Source: Escherichia phage vB_EcoS_ESCO40
Length of the DNA stretch: 64,000 nucleotides
Sequence record: NC_106514.1
Direction: 5' to 3' (one strand)
Every line of letters starts with the position of its first letter. Positions within the stretch are counted from its first letter, which is position 1. Position numbers and translations under genes: made by a program. Positions 54,557 to 64,000 of the stretch are shown here, one piece after another. The notes under the pieces were generated by a model that saw only the letters and a list, made by a program, of their open reading frames with translations, did not search any database and had not been told where the DNA came from.

Positions 54557-55336
54557 ATGAAAATCGAAATTCCAACACAATGTCCCTCTTGTGGTTCTAA
54601 GCTAGATCTTGTCAACGGACAATTATTCTGTCGTAATAAGTCCAACTGTCCAGCGCAATCAAGTAAGTTAATTGAGAACTTCTGTACAAAAATGAAGTTA
54701 AAGGGCTTTGGCCCGAAAACTATTGAGAAGCTGGAGCTGACGAAGATTTCAGAACTATTTTACCTAACCGAAGAAGATTTGGTTAGAGCCGTGGGTAGCA
54801 AGGTTGCCGCTAAGTTAATTAGCGAATTAAATACTAAAGTTCGCGGAGACATTGACTTTGGTTCAGTTCTCGGTTCTTTAGGAATCCCTCTAATTGGAGA
54901 GGTTGCAGCAAAGAAATTGTCCCAAAATTGCACCAGTTTTCAAGATGTGAGAGCTGATGGCAAAGCTGGAGAAAATTATAAAGCCTGGCTAAATTCCCCA
55001 CAAGGCAAGGATGTTATCGAATTACCGTGGAAATTCACAACTGGTATTAAAGGTGCTAAAGCTGGGGTCATCATTACTGATGGTCTAGTAGCCCAGCCAA
55101 ATGGAATCACGGTGTGTATTACCGGGTCTTTGCAAGATTTTGCAAATAGAACGGATGCAACAAATTATTTAGAAGGTCTAGGGTATACTGTTAAAAAATC
55201 AGTTACCAAAGACGTTAAATACCTAATCTGTGAGGATGAATCGAAGCGTTCTTCCTCATCTTATAAGAAAGCCGAAACGAATGGGATAGAAATCCTGTCG
55301 ATTAAAGAACTATTGGAGAAAAATAATAATGTCTAA
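54557..55336 (+). CDS. ligA: NAD-dependent DNA ligase, C-terminal part (Zn finger, HhH, BRCT-like)
   Basis: CPSCGSKLDLVNGQLFCRNKSNCPAQ zinc finger; RBS AAGGAAG before ATG at 54557. Confidence 0.65.
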   Translation: MKIEIPTQCPSCGSKLDLVNGQLFCRNKSNCPAQSSKLIENFCTKMKLKGFGPKTIEKLELTKISELFYLTEEDLVRAVGSKVAAKLISELNTKVRGDIDFGSVLGSLGIPLIGEVAAKKLSQNCTSFQDVRADGKAGENYKAWLNSPQGKDVIELPWKFTTGIKGAKAGVIITDGLVAQPNGITVCITGSLQDFANRTDATNYLEGLGYTVKKSVTKDVKYLICEDESKRSSSSYKKAETNGIEILSIKELLEKNNNV

Positions 55337-56096
55337 ACTGAACTGGAACGTAGAAGGTGTAACCGAGTCTCTGAAAGCAAAAGCCACTGCTCTGGGTGTT
55401 GATGTAATCTCTCAAGAACAAGTAGCTACTATCGCTGCTGAACTGGCCGCTGAAACTGGCAAAGACGTTACCGCTCGCTCTGTTGGCTCTAAGCTGCGTA
55501 AAGAAGGTTTCGAAGTACAGAAAGCTAACGAAGTACAGAAATCTCCGTGGACTCCTGAGCAGGAAGCTGAACTGGTTGATTTCCTGAACGCTCATGCTGG
55601 TCAGTATACTTATGCTGAAATCGCTGCTGCTGTAGCTGGTGGTCAATTTGGTGCTAAGCAGGTACAGGGTAAGATCCTGAGTCTGGAAATGACCGCTTCT
55701 GTTAAACCAACTGAAAAAGCTGCTGCTGTTCGTTCCTTCACTCCGGATGAAGAAACTGACTTTGTTAATCAGGTTGTTGCTGGTGCTACTATTGAAGCTA
55801 TCGCTGCTCACTTCGGTCGTAATATCAAGCAGATCCGTGGTAAAGCTCTGAGTCTGCTGCGTGAAGGTCGTATCGCTGCTATGCCGGTACAGGAAACTTC
55901 AAGTGCTAAAACCCGTGAAGATCTGTTAGAAGGTCTGGATCTGGCTAATATGACCGTTGCTGAGATCGCTGAGAAAACTGGTAAGTCTGAGCGCGGTGTT
56001 AAATCTATGCTGTCTCGTCGTGGTCTGGTTGCTAAGGACTATGATGGTGCCGCTAAGCGTGCTAAACTGGATGCAAAAGCTGCGGCTGCTGAATAA
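55329..56096 (+). CDS. abundant repeat-containing DNA-binding-like protein (255 aa)
   Basis: Four helix-hairpin-like repeats (eg TVAEIAEKTGKSERGVKSMLSRRGL); strong cgt/ctg/ggt/gct codon bias. Confidence 0.5.
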   Translation: MSKLNWNVEGVTESLKAKATALGVDVISQEQVATIAAELAAETGKDVTARSVGSKLRKEGFEVQKANEVQKSPWTPEQEAELVDFLNAHAGQYTYAEIAAAVAGGQFGAKQVQGKILSLEMTASVKPTEKAAAVRSFTPDEETDFVNQVVAGATIEAIAAHFGRNIKQIRGKALSLLREGRIAAMPVQETSSAKTREDLLEGLDLANMTVAEIAEKTGKSERGVKSMLSRRGLVAKDYDGAAKRAKLDAKAAAAE

Positions 56097-56113
56097 TCTG
56101 GTAAATTAAACCT

Positions 56114-56146
56114 AAGGGGAGGGGGCTATGCTCCTTCCCCTTTTTG
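56114..56146 (+). terminator. intrinsic terminator
   Basis: G-rich / C-rich stem plus TTTTT. Confidence 0.55.
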
Positions 56147-56178
56147 CATTTAGAAGGCACGAAAGCGTGCAAAGGAGA

Positions 56179-57651
56179 ATGACCTTGTTTAACGTGCAAG
56201 CTGTAGTGTTGAAGATGCTTCTAGCTTCAGAACAGAAGCAAATAGCATTGGAAACATTCTCAAAACTGCATAAAGATCATTTTAATGACGCTTTCTCCTC
56301 AATTTACCAAGCCGTCCAGAATTATTATAAAAAATATAACACAATGCCGTCCATTGACGCACTGATGCTTGAGGCTAATAGGAACGCCCGCCTTTCTCAA
56401 GCTCTAGTCGTTTTAGCTAACACTCAAATTCCAGAAGTTAGCATGGAACAGGCACTTGAAGTCTTAGAGGCCGAGTATACACAGGATTTATTCCTGAAGC
56501 TTCTAGAAACAGACGTGCTTCAAGATTTAACAATGCTGGATCAGGGAGAAATTCTTAACCGAGTTGCCTCCCTTCACTTAAAATTAGAAGAGAAAGTAAC
56601 GAATACTGGAAAAGTATTCAACGCAGATAACATGCGTATTTTCCAGAGAGAAGAAGATACCAAACTGAACTTAATCGCTCTTGGTATTTGTAATGAGTTC
56701 GATGCTCAAATTGGTTTAGCTCGCACAGAAACGTTACTGCTTGGTGGTTGGCGTGGTACTGGTAAATCCATTATCTGTTCAAACATACAGGTTCAGCAAT
56801 ATTTGAATGGAGATATTGCTCCATACTTCTCAATTGAGATGAAAGAACATGAAGTATTTAGACGTAATCTAGCCATGTTAGCTGGTGTATCAGCACTAGC
56901 AATGCGTAATAATACTCTAGAAGGTGCAGCTCTGTTGAGATTAGCCAGAACTAGAGCTAGGATGTTTAATGGTGGTGAGGAGCTTTTCGATAACTTCGTT
57001 AAACAGTACACAATGGCTAAGATGAGTGATTTCTACGATATGGAAAGTAAGCTAATAGAAGGATATGAGCTACATACTCCTATGATTATTGTTTATGATC
57101 CTGAGCTGTCTATTACAACAGTTGACGTAGAATTAAATAAATTAGTTGCTAGATATGGGGATAAAGTTACAGTAGCTTTACTGGACTATATTAACCAAAC
57201 CCGACTTCCAGACTCTAAAACCATTGATATGTATGACTGGAAAGAACAGATGGTTGTTAGCTCGTCTTTCAAATCTATCTGCCAGAAACATAACGTGGCT
57301 GGTGTAGCCCCTTACCAGATTGATCAAGATGGTAGAACACGTATGTCAAAGGGGATTCTTGATTCCGCAGACATGGCTGCTAATCTTAATGCTGCTAAAG
57401 CTGATAATGGTCAAGGTGCTATTATGTTTGACTTCGTTAAGACCCGTTCTTCTGATAGCGTGAAGTTTATGCCTAAAATGAACTGGGAAACCCTGCGAAT
57501 GGATAACACTACCAACCTAGCAATGGAAGATATATCTCAAATGGAAGCTGAGTTCGTTATCCCTATTGAGAAGGATAAGCCAGCTCAATCTAAACGTGCT
57601 AAGAAAGACAAAGCTGAAAATTCAACAGGTGAACAGGCCAGCGATATATGA
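56179..57651 (+). CDS. P-loop ATPase (RecA/DnaB-fold helicase candidate)
   Basis: Walker A GGWRGTGKS; track start 56128 lies inside the terminator hairpin so start moved to about 56179 (uncertain, could be TTG 56185). Confidence 0.5.
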   Translation: MTLFNVQAVVLKMLLASEQKQIALETFSKLHKDHFNDAFSSIYQAVQNYYKKYNTMPSIDALMLEANRNARLSQALVVLANTQIPEVSMEQALEVLEAEYTQDLFLKLLETDVLQDLTMLDQGEILNRVASLHLKLEEKVTNTGKVFNADNMRIFQREEDTKLNLIALGICNEFDAQIGLARTETLLLGGWRGTGKSIICSNIQVQQYLNGDIAPYFSIEMKEHEVFRRNLAMLAGVSALAMRNNTLEGAALLRLARTRARMFNGGEELFDNFVKQYTMAKMSDFYDMESKLIEGYELHTPMIIVYDPELSITTVDVELNKLVARYGDKVTVALLDYINQTRLPDSKTIDMYDWKEQMVVSSSFKSICQKHNVAGVAPYQIDQDGRTRMSKGILDSADMAANLNAAKADNGQGAIMFDFVKTRSSDSVKFMPKMNWETLRMDNTTNLAMEDISQMEAEFVIPIEKDKPAQSKRAKKDKAENSTGEQASDI

Positions 57652-58538
57652 GTAGAATAACAGAACTACTTGATCTGAAAGGCATTGAATATAAAGACAC
57701 AGGTGGGGACATCCTCATCTGTTGTCTCAATCCAGATCATGACGATAAACACCCAAGTTTGCGTATTGACCCTGAAACAGGTATTATGCACTGCTTGAGT
57801 TGTGGCTTCGGTAAAGGTATACCGAGCATTTACCATTATTTTAATGAGACTCAGTACCGACAGTCCCCAAGGCTATCGCAAGTACGTAAAAAGATTTCAG
57901 AGATTAGGAATGGATCAACGAATCTTGCAATTCCTGAATCTGCTTACCTTTTCGAAGGTGATTTCCGGGGTATAAGTTCTAAGACCTTGAAGAAATATTT
58001 TGCTTTCCAACACCAAGAGAGCTGGGAAGGCAGAATTGTATTCCCAATCACAGATGCTGTTGGACGCAATATCCTATTTTTGGGTCGTTCTATAAACAGT
58101 TCTGCCCCTCCTAAATACTTAGTAAAACCAAAACAAGTTTCACCGCCAATTTTTCCTGTACGATATAATACTCCAGTTCTTATTCTAGTTGAAGGCATCT
58201 TTGATATGCTGAACCTAGAGGATAATGGTATAGACTATGCTTCTTGCTGCTTTGGTACACATCAGTTTACTTCGGATAACATTGCAGATAAGTTCAGTCC
58301 TTATATTATTGCTGGGGTAAAAGTTGTTGTTATCTTACTAGATAATGATGCTTCCGGTAATAAAGCTGCACAAGCACTGGCCAAGCTAATTCGTACAAAA
58401 ACGCGTTTAACACCTGTAGTTGCTAACTTTCTTCTGCCCGAAGGTAAAGACCCCGGTGATTTAAATAAAGAAGAGATTGATATGTTAGCAAAACGTATTG
58501 AAATTTTAGTTGCTGAATCACTTAAAGATTTGGTATAA
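57648..58538 (+). CDS. DNA primase (zinc-finger plus Toprim)
   Basis: CHC2-type zinc finger C..H....C..CG and Toprim E...DND signature. Confidence 0.7.
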   Translation: MSRITELLDLKGIEYKDTGGDILICCLNPDHDDKHPSLRIDPETGIMHCLSCGFGKGIPSIYHYFNETQYRQSPRLSQVRKKISEIRNGSTNLAIPESAYLFEGDFRGISSKTLKKYFAFQHQESWEGRIVFPITDAVGRNILFLGRSINSSAPPKYLVKPKQVSPPIFPVRYNTPVLILVEGIFDMLNLEDNGIDYASCCFGTHQFTSDNIADKFSPYIIAGVKVVVILLDNDASGNKAAQALAKLIRTKTRLTPVVANFLLPEGKDPGDLNKEEIDMLAKRIEILVAESLKDLV

Positions 58539-58564
58539 TAGTCCTAAATAACTGAGGAGCTACT

Positions 58565-58894
58565 ATGGAATATGTATATATTTATGAAGATGTTCCAGTA
58601 TACGATAGTATAACACACGAAGAAGTTAAACTAGAGCTATTTACAGTACTAGAGTCCCTTAATAAACGAAAGGATTTCCATTTATTTGGTGATCCTAAAT
58701 TACCTGCATCTTATATTTTCTTTAAAGTAAAAGATACAGGTCAAGAGGTGTATCTAACTTATGATTGGGCTGTTGTAGAAAATACTGAGCAATCTATGAA
58801 AGTGTTAGGTGCTTTTCTGCGTATAGATGAAGAATTTCGGTCACTAGAAAAGCAGCGCAATGAAATGCGTAAATTACTACATACCTATAAATAG
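58565..58894 (+). CDS. hypothetical protein (109 aa)
   Basis: ORF. Confidence 0.5.
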   Translation: MEYVYIYEDVPVYDSITHEEVKLELFTVLESLNKRKDFHLFGDPKLPASYIFFKVKDTGQEVYLTYDWAVVENTEQSMKVLGAFLRIDEEFRSLEKQRNEMRKLLHTYK

Positions 58895-58897
58895 TAT

Positions 58898-58927
58898 TTG
58901 CTATTATCCCAATATTTTTGATACAAT
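58898..58927 (+). promoter_or_regulatory. sigma70-type promoter
   Basis: TTGCTA-18-TACAAT. Confidence 0.5.
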
Positions 58928-58988
58928 ATATTGGTAAGTTAGAGAAGAAACACTGAAGTTATACTTACTTACCAAGAGGAGATTAAAT

Positions 58989-61556
58989 TTGAAAATCGCA
59001 GTAGTTGATAAAGCTCTAAATAACACTCGTTATGATAAACATTTCCAGCTATACGGCGAGGAAGTTGATGTATTCCATATGTGTAACGAGAAGTTGTCCG
59101 GTCGTTTGCTCAAAAAGCATATTACTATCGGGACTCCGGAAAACCCATTTGACCCGAATGATTATGATTTTGTTATACTGGTAGGTGCCGAACCTTTCCT
59201 ATACTTTGCAGGTAAGAAAGGTATTGGTGATTATACTGGTAAACGTGTAGAGTATAATGGATATGCTAACTGGATTGCGAGTATCAGCCCAGCCCAGTTA
59301 CACTTTAAACCTGAAATGAAACCAGTTTTTGGTGCAACAGTAGAGAATATCCACGATATTATCAATGGTCGTGAGAAGATTGCAAAAGCTGGTGATTACC
59401 GTCCTATTACTGACCCGGATGAGGCAGAAGAATATATCAAGATGGTGTATAATATGGTTATCGGACCTGTCGCATTCGACTCCGAAACCTCAGCACTATA
59501 CTGTCGAGATGGTTATCTGCTTGGTGTTTCTATGTCTCACCAAGAGTATCAGGGTGTATATATCGATTCTGATTGTCTCACAGAAGTTGCAGTATATTAC
59601 CTCCAGAAAATTCTAGATAGTGAAAACCACACTATTGTTTTTCACAACTTGAAGTTTGATATGCACTTTTATAAGTACCATCTGGGACTTACTTTTGATA
59701 AAGCACATAAAGAACGCAGGCTCCATGATACCATGTTGCAGCACTATGTTCTAGATGAACGTCGGGGTACTCATGGCTTGAAATCTCTAGCAATGAAGTA
59801 TACCGATATGGGTGACTATGACTTCGAACTAGATAAGTTCAAAGATGATTACTGCAAAGCACATAAAATCAAGAAAGAAGATTTCACCTATGATTTAATT
59901 CCGTTTGATATTATGTGGCCTTACGCTGCGAAAGATACAGATGCTACCCTACGTTTACACAACTTCTTCTTACCGAAAATTGAGAAGAATGAAAAACTTT
60001 GCAGTCTGTACTATGATGTTTTGATGCCTGGTTGCGTATTCTTGCAACGTGTTGAGGATCGTGGAGTACCTATCTCTATTGATCGTTTGAAAGAAGCTCA
60101 GTATCAATTGACTCATAATTTGAATAAAGCCCGTGAGAAACTGTACACTTATCCAGAAGTTAAACAGCTAGAACAAGATCAGAATGAAGCATTTAACCCG
60201 AACTCTGTTAAGCAACTTCGTGTTCTTCTGTTCGATTATGTTGGTTTGACTCCAACTGGTAAGTTAACAGATACTGGTGCAGATTCTACAAACGCAGAAG
60301 CTCTGAATGAGTTGGCAACCCAGCATCCGATTGCTAAAACTCTTCTAGAGATTCGTAAGCTGACTAAGCTGATCTCTACTTATGTTGAGAAGATTCTACT
60401 GAGTATTGATGCAGATGGTTGCATTCGTACTGGTTTCCATGAACATATGACTACTTCTGGTCGTCTGAGTTCTTCTGGTAAACTGAACCTGCAACAGTTA
60501 CCTCGTGATGAATCTATCATTAAGGGTTGTGTAGTTGCACCACCTGGATACCGTGTAATCGCATGGGACTTAACAACTGCGGAAGTTTATTATGCTGCTG
60601 TTCTATCTGGTGATAGAAATATGCAACAAGTATTTATCAACATGAGAAATGAACCTGATAAATACCCTGACTTCCACTCTAACATCGCCCACATGGTATT
60701 TAAATTGCAATGTGAACCTCGTGATGTTAAGAAGTTGTTCCCAGCTCTACGTCAGGCAGCTAAGGCAATTACCTTTGGTATTTTGTATGGTTCTGGCCCG
60801 GCTAAAGTAGCACATTCTGTTAATGAAGCATTGCTAGAACAAGCAGCCAAAACTGGTGAACCGTTTGTTGAATGTACTGTTGCAGATGCTAAAGAGTATA
60901 TTGAGACTTACTTTAGTCAATTCCCACAGCTTAAGCGTTGGATTGATAAGTGCCACGATCAGATCAAGAATCATGGATTTATCTATAGTCACTTTGGTCG
61001 TAAACGTCGTCTACATAATATCCACTCCGAAGACCGTGGCGTTCAGGGTGAAGAAATTCGTTCTGGATTTAACGCAATCATTCAGTCTGCTTCTTCTGAT
61101 AGTCTCCTTTTAGGTGCTGTAGATGCAGATAATGAGATCATTTCTCTTGGCTTAGAACAAGAGATGAAGATTGTTATGCTGGTTCATGACTCCGTAGTTG
61201 CTATTGTTCGTGAGGATTTGATCGACCAATACAATGAACTTCTGATTCGTAATATTCAGAAAGACCGTGGTATCAGTATTCCTGGTTGTCCTATTGGTAT
61301 TGATTCAGATTCTGAAGCTGGAGGTTCTCGTGACTATTCTTGTGGTAAGATGAAGAAACAGCACCCATCAATCGCTTGTATTGATGATGATGAGTATACT
61401 CGTTATGTCAAGGGTGTATTACTTGATGCAGATTTCGAGTATAAGAAATTAGCTGCAATGGATAAAGAGCATCCAGACCACAGCAAGTACAAGGATGATA
61501 AGTTTATTGCTGTATGTAAAGATCTGGATAACGTGAAAAGGATTCTCGGTGCTTAA
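58989..61556 (+). CDS. DNA polymerase, family A (855 aa, TTG start)
   Basis: 3'-5' exonuclease and Pol I-like palm motifs; 855 aa matches my recollection of T5 DNA polymerase; RBS AAGAGGAG before TTG. Confidence 0.85.
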   Translation: MKIAVVDKALNNTRYDKHFQLYGEEVDVFHMCNEKLSGRLLKKHITIGTPENPFDPNDYDFVILVGAEPFLYFAGKKGIGDYTGKRVEYNGYANWIASISPAQLHFKPEMKPVFGATVENIHDIINGREKIAKAGDYRPITDPDEAEEYIKMVYNMVIGPVAFDSETSALYCRDGYLLGVSMSHQEYQGVYIDSDCLTEVAVYYLQKILDSENHTIVFHNLKFDMHFYKYHLGLTFDKAHKERRLHDTMLQHYVLDERRGTHGLKSLAMKYTDMGDYDFELDKFKDDYCKAHKIKKEDFTYDLIPFDIMWPYAAKDTDATLRLHNFFLPKIEKNEKLCSLYYDVLMPGCVFLQRVEDRGVPISIDRLKEAQYQLTHNLNKAREKLYTYPEVKQLEQDQNEAFNPNSVKQLRVLLFDYVGLTPTGKLTDTGADSTNAEALNELATQHPIAKTLLEIRKLTKLISTYVEKILLSIDADGCIRTGFHEHMTTSGRLSSSGKLNLQQLPRDESIIKGCVVAPPGYRVIAWDLTTAEVYYAAVLSGDRNMQQVFINMRNEPDKYPDFHSNIAHMVFKLQCEPRDVKKLFPALRQAAKAITFGILYGSGPAKVAHSVNEALLEQAAKTGEPFVECTVADAKEYIETYFSQFPQLKRWIDKCHDQIKNHGFIYSHFGRKRRLHNIHSEDRGVQGEEIRSGFNAIIQSASSDSLLLGAVDADNEIISLGLEQEMKIVMLVHDSVVAIVREDLIDQYNELLIRNIQKDRGISIPGCPIGIDSDSEAGGSRDYSCGKMKKQHPSIACIDDDEYTRYVKGVLLDADFEYKKLAAMDKEHPDHSKYKDDKFIAVCKDLDNVKRILGA

Positions 61557-62046
61557 TTTCAAATTGCCCGTCTATGCGTTACGGGCGTTTGTATCAATTG
61601 AGCAAGAAGGTGATTATTCCGTAATTACAACAAGATATAATAAATATGTGCTAGATAACAGGAAGTTGCCTGGCACGTTTTCTCAACGTAGGCTTATTCT
61701 ATTTGAGAAACGGAAAGAATTACCATACAAGCTTTATCCTATTAGGGGTAGAATATCAATGTTGTCTCAATTAGTTGGGTCAAAGCGTGACCAATTTATA
61801 GATTCTGATGGAAATCTTATTAATTGGAAGAAAACTACGTTCTATGATGTTGTCACCTCTAAAGTTTTGCATTCAGCTAGAATTTATAATGGAAAATACC
61901 AATGCTATGTGGCTAAAGTCCCTTATCCATTTGTACTATCCTATGTTCCAGCTTATATAAGCTATATTCTGGTAAATAATAGCCCTGTTATTTATCAAGC
62001 CCATCAAGAGGAGCCTGAAATTCCTAGACTTAGAATAAAATTATGA
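61549..62046 (+). CDS. hypothetical protein (165 aa, GTG start)
   Basis: ORF coupled between polymerase and helicase. Confidence 0.45.
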   Translation: MLNFKLPVYALRAFVSIEQEGDYSVITTRYNKYVLDNRKLPGTFSQRRLILFEKRKELPYKLYPIRGRISMLSQLVGSKRDQFIDSDGNLINWKKTTFYDVVTSKVLHSARIYNGKYQCYVAKVPYPFVLSYVPAYISYILVNNSPVIYQAHQEEPEIPRLRIKL

Positions 62047-63395
62047 AGGTTGTTATATCTAATAAAGCCTATTTCAAGCCCGATGATGAACTTTGGGATT
62101 ATTGTAGTAAGCAAACCACTTATCACATAGAGACAATGACTAGTAAATACCCTATTATGTATAAGAATAGTGGTGTTGTTGCCAAAGAGATTAAGTGGAT
62201 TCCTATTACGCGTCTGGACTTACTAGATGCTAAAGGAGTAAAATACGAATTAGTCGATAAACGCACATTAGCTCCGGTAGATATACCAAAACCTAAGTTC
62301 AAACTGCGTGAAGAAGATCAGCTTCCAATATACGAAGAATGCGATGATACCTGTATTATTAATGGTAAGCCTGGATTTGGTAAAACTATCCTAGCCCTTG
62401 CACTTGCGTATAAATTTGGCCAGAAAACTTTGGTAATCTGTACGAATACATCCATTCGTGAAATGTGGGCGGCAGAAGTTCGTAAATGGTTTGGGTTTGA
62501 ACCAGGCATCATAGGTTCTGGGAAATACAATATTGATCCACCAATTGTAGTTAGTAATATTCAAACAGTGAATAAACATGCGAATAATCTTTCTAAAGTA
62601 TTCGGTACTGTTATAGTTGATGAAGTTCACCATTGTGTAGCTACAACTTTCACTAACTTCCTAGAAATATCATGTGCTCGCTATAAAATTGGACTATCCG
62701 GTACACTAAAACGAAAAGATGGTTTGCAAGTTATGTTCAAAGATTTCTTTGGATATAAAATCTTTAGTCCTCCAGTTAATAATACTGTTGCTCCTACAAT
62801 CCACAGGTACTCCGTACCAGTTGAATTGTCTGGAAACCAAAACGTACCGTGGGCATTACGTGCTAACGATGTGTATAATCATCCTGAATATCGAGAGACC
62901 ATTATAAACCTAGCACATTTATATGTGAATATGGGACATAAAGTACTCATTGTAAGTGATAGAACAGAGTTAATCCAAACAGTACTAGAAGCACTATCTC
63001 AGAGAGGAGTCACAACCTATGAGATTATTGGCGCAACCCACTTAGATGACCGATTAAAAATTCAGGAAGATATAGCAAAAGGTGGGTCTTGTGTACTTGC
63101 AGCAGCTCAAAGTATCTTCTCTGAAGGTATTTCCCTTAACGAGCTGTCTTGTTTAATAATGGGAAGCCTCATTAATAATGAATCTCTCATCGAACAGCTT
63201 GCAGGCCGTGTTCAACGTATTGTCGATGGTAAACTCGACCCTATTGTTGTAGATCTAATTATGAAAGGTGGCACTGGGTTAAGGCAGGCTTCTGGACGTA
63301 TGGCAGTATATCGTAACAACGGGTGGAAAACTATTACTATGACTCCGGAGAAAGCAGTTCAATTAGCTAAAATTGCATTTGGCAACAGCTCATAA
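62043..63395 (+). CDS. SF2 helicase
   Basis: Walker A GKPGFGKT and DEVHH box. Confidence 0.7.
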   Translation: MKVVISNKAYFKPDDELWDYCSKQTTYHIETMTSKYPIMYKNSGVVAKEIKWIPITRLDLLDAKGVKYELVDKRTLAPVDIPKPKFKLREEDQLPIYEECDDTCIINGKPGFGKTILALALAYKFGQKTLVICTNTSIREMWAAEVRKWFGFEPGIIGSGKYNIDPPIVVSNIQTVNKHANNLSKVFGTVIVDEVHHCVATTFTNFLEISCARYKIGLSGTLKRKDGLQVMFKDFFGYKIFSPPVNNTVAPTIHRYSVPVELSGNQNVPWALRANDVYNHPEYRETIINLAHLYVNMGHKVLIVSDRTELIQTVLEALSQRGVTTYEIIGATHLDDRLKIQEDIAKGGSCVLAAAQSIFSEGISLNELSCLIMGSLINNESLIEQLAGRVQRIVDGKLDPIVVDLIMKGGTGLRQASGRMAVYRNNGWKTITMTPEKAVQLAKIAFGNSS

Positions 63396-63479
63396 ATGAT
63401 GTATAATATATACATAAATTTGAGAGAGAAAGTTTCGGATTGATAAGAAAGTCCGAAGCAGAAAAATAAAAATTTTAGT

Positions 63480-63509
63480 TGCTAAATTCTCTCGAAATCT
63501 AGTATAATA
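63480..63509 (+). promoter_or_regulatory. sigma70-type early promoter (T5 family)
   Basis: TTGCTA-18-TATAAT with conserved leader; a near-duplicate -10/leader copy lies at about 63406-63430. Confidence 0.55.
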
Positions 63510-63615
63510 TATACATAAATTCGAGGAGAAAACAAAAATTAAATTCTTCGATTATGAAAAGCTATACTTACTAGCTAGAGGAAATTCTGACCTAATTATT
63601 AAGCTATTCAAAAGA

Positions 63616-63900
63616 ATGCTTACAGAGCCTGATGCTCACCAATTATTGGTCGGTTCCTCATTTATTTTGAATGAATCAACAATAGTTGATAATCCAAATA
63701 AATTGTCTAATAGACAACTGGCAGAATATCTAGGAATTTTAAGTCTACGAAATTATGCCGAATACAAGTTTACAAACGATCCTAGTTTGGACATACAATA
63801 TGTTCCAGTATGGATACCACGTTTAGTAATCGACACTAACCCACTAATCGCAATTAACAAATCGAAATTAATCTTTAAAGAGGAAATAAAATATGGCTAA
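63616..63900 (+). CDS. hypothetical protein (94 aa)
   Basis: ORF; weak RBS, start uncertain. Confidence 0.4.
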   Translation: MLTEPDAHQLLVGSSFILNESTIVDNPNKLSNRQLAEYLGILSLRNYAEYKFTNDPSLDIQYVPVWIPRLVIDTNPLIAINKSKLIFKEEIKYG

Positions 63901-64000
63901 GTCTTGGGGCGAAACTACTGGCGGTTCTAACGATAAAATCGAATTCCTGAAGTTCAACAACGGTATCACTCGTGTTCGTATCGTTTCTGGTGTTCTTCCA
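63893..64000 (+). CDS. highly expressed protein, 5' part only (runs off window end)
   Basis: RBS AAAGAGGAAA before ATG at 63893; MAKSWGETTGGSNDKIEF... with strong cgt/ggt/ctg codon bias. Confidence 0.5.
   Translation, partial: MAKSWGETTGGSNDKIEFLKFNNGITRVRIVSGVLP

Noticed and set aside
55302-55811. Antisense ORF (169 aa) opposite the repeat-containing protein gene
   Set aside because: Same reasoning: shadow ORF of a strongly codon-biased gene
56128-56178. Track start of the 507-aa ATPase
   Set aside because: ATG lies inside the upstream terminator hairpin; start probably at or after 56179 (possibly TTG 56185)
1-64000. Integrase, attachment site or prophage boundary
   Set aside because: No recombinase-like ORF and no host-like flanking genes; content is lytic-phage early region throughout

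Overview
This window reads as the early region of a T5-like siphophage (Tequintavirus-like), judged from gene content and order; no database search was possible. Coordinates 1-41.3 kb are an almost purely minus-strand block: small early genes, two phosphoesterases, thioredoxin-like protein, a lysis cassette (218-aa holin-like protein starting at TTG, 137-aa L-Ala-D-Glu peptidase), ClpP-like protease, dNMP kinase, a GrcA-like glycyl-radical protein, a tRNA array of about 22 tRNA and tRNA-like genes interspersed with small ORFs and an HNH homing endonuclease, then RNase H, thyA, DHFR, nrdB, nrdA and phoH. Transcription flips at about 41.3-41.6 kb to a plus-strand block: nrdD, a Sir2-like/HAD-like cluster, a 929-aa P-loop ATPase, a two-ORF NAD-dependent DNA ligase, a repeat-containing DNA-binding protein, an ATPase, primase, an 855-aa family A DNA polymerase and an SF2 helicase. 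About 35 sigma70-type promoters of one family (-35 TTGCT, 17-18 bp, -10 TATAAT, A-rich upstream tract, conserved leader ATAAATTnGAGAGG carrying the RBS) tile both blocks. The main candidate for something undescribed is a three-gene opposite-strand island (25.5-27.4 kb) with its own TTGACA promoter, encoding Gly-zipper, poly-Gln and Cys-rich low-complexity proteins I cannot place. Other points of interest are a promoter-driven 0.8-kb ORF-free stretch next to tRNA-Arg, several atypical tRNA-like elements, and a Sir2-like/HAD-like module downstream of nrdD. All tRNA identities were folded by eye and all protein calls rest on motifs read from the ORF track; exact starts of many small genes are uncertain.
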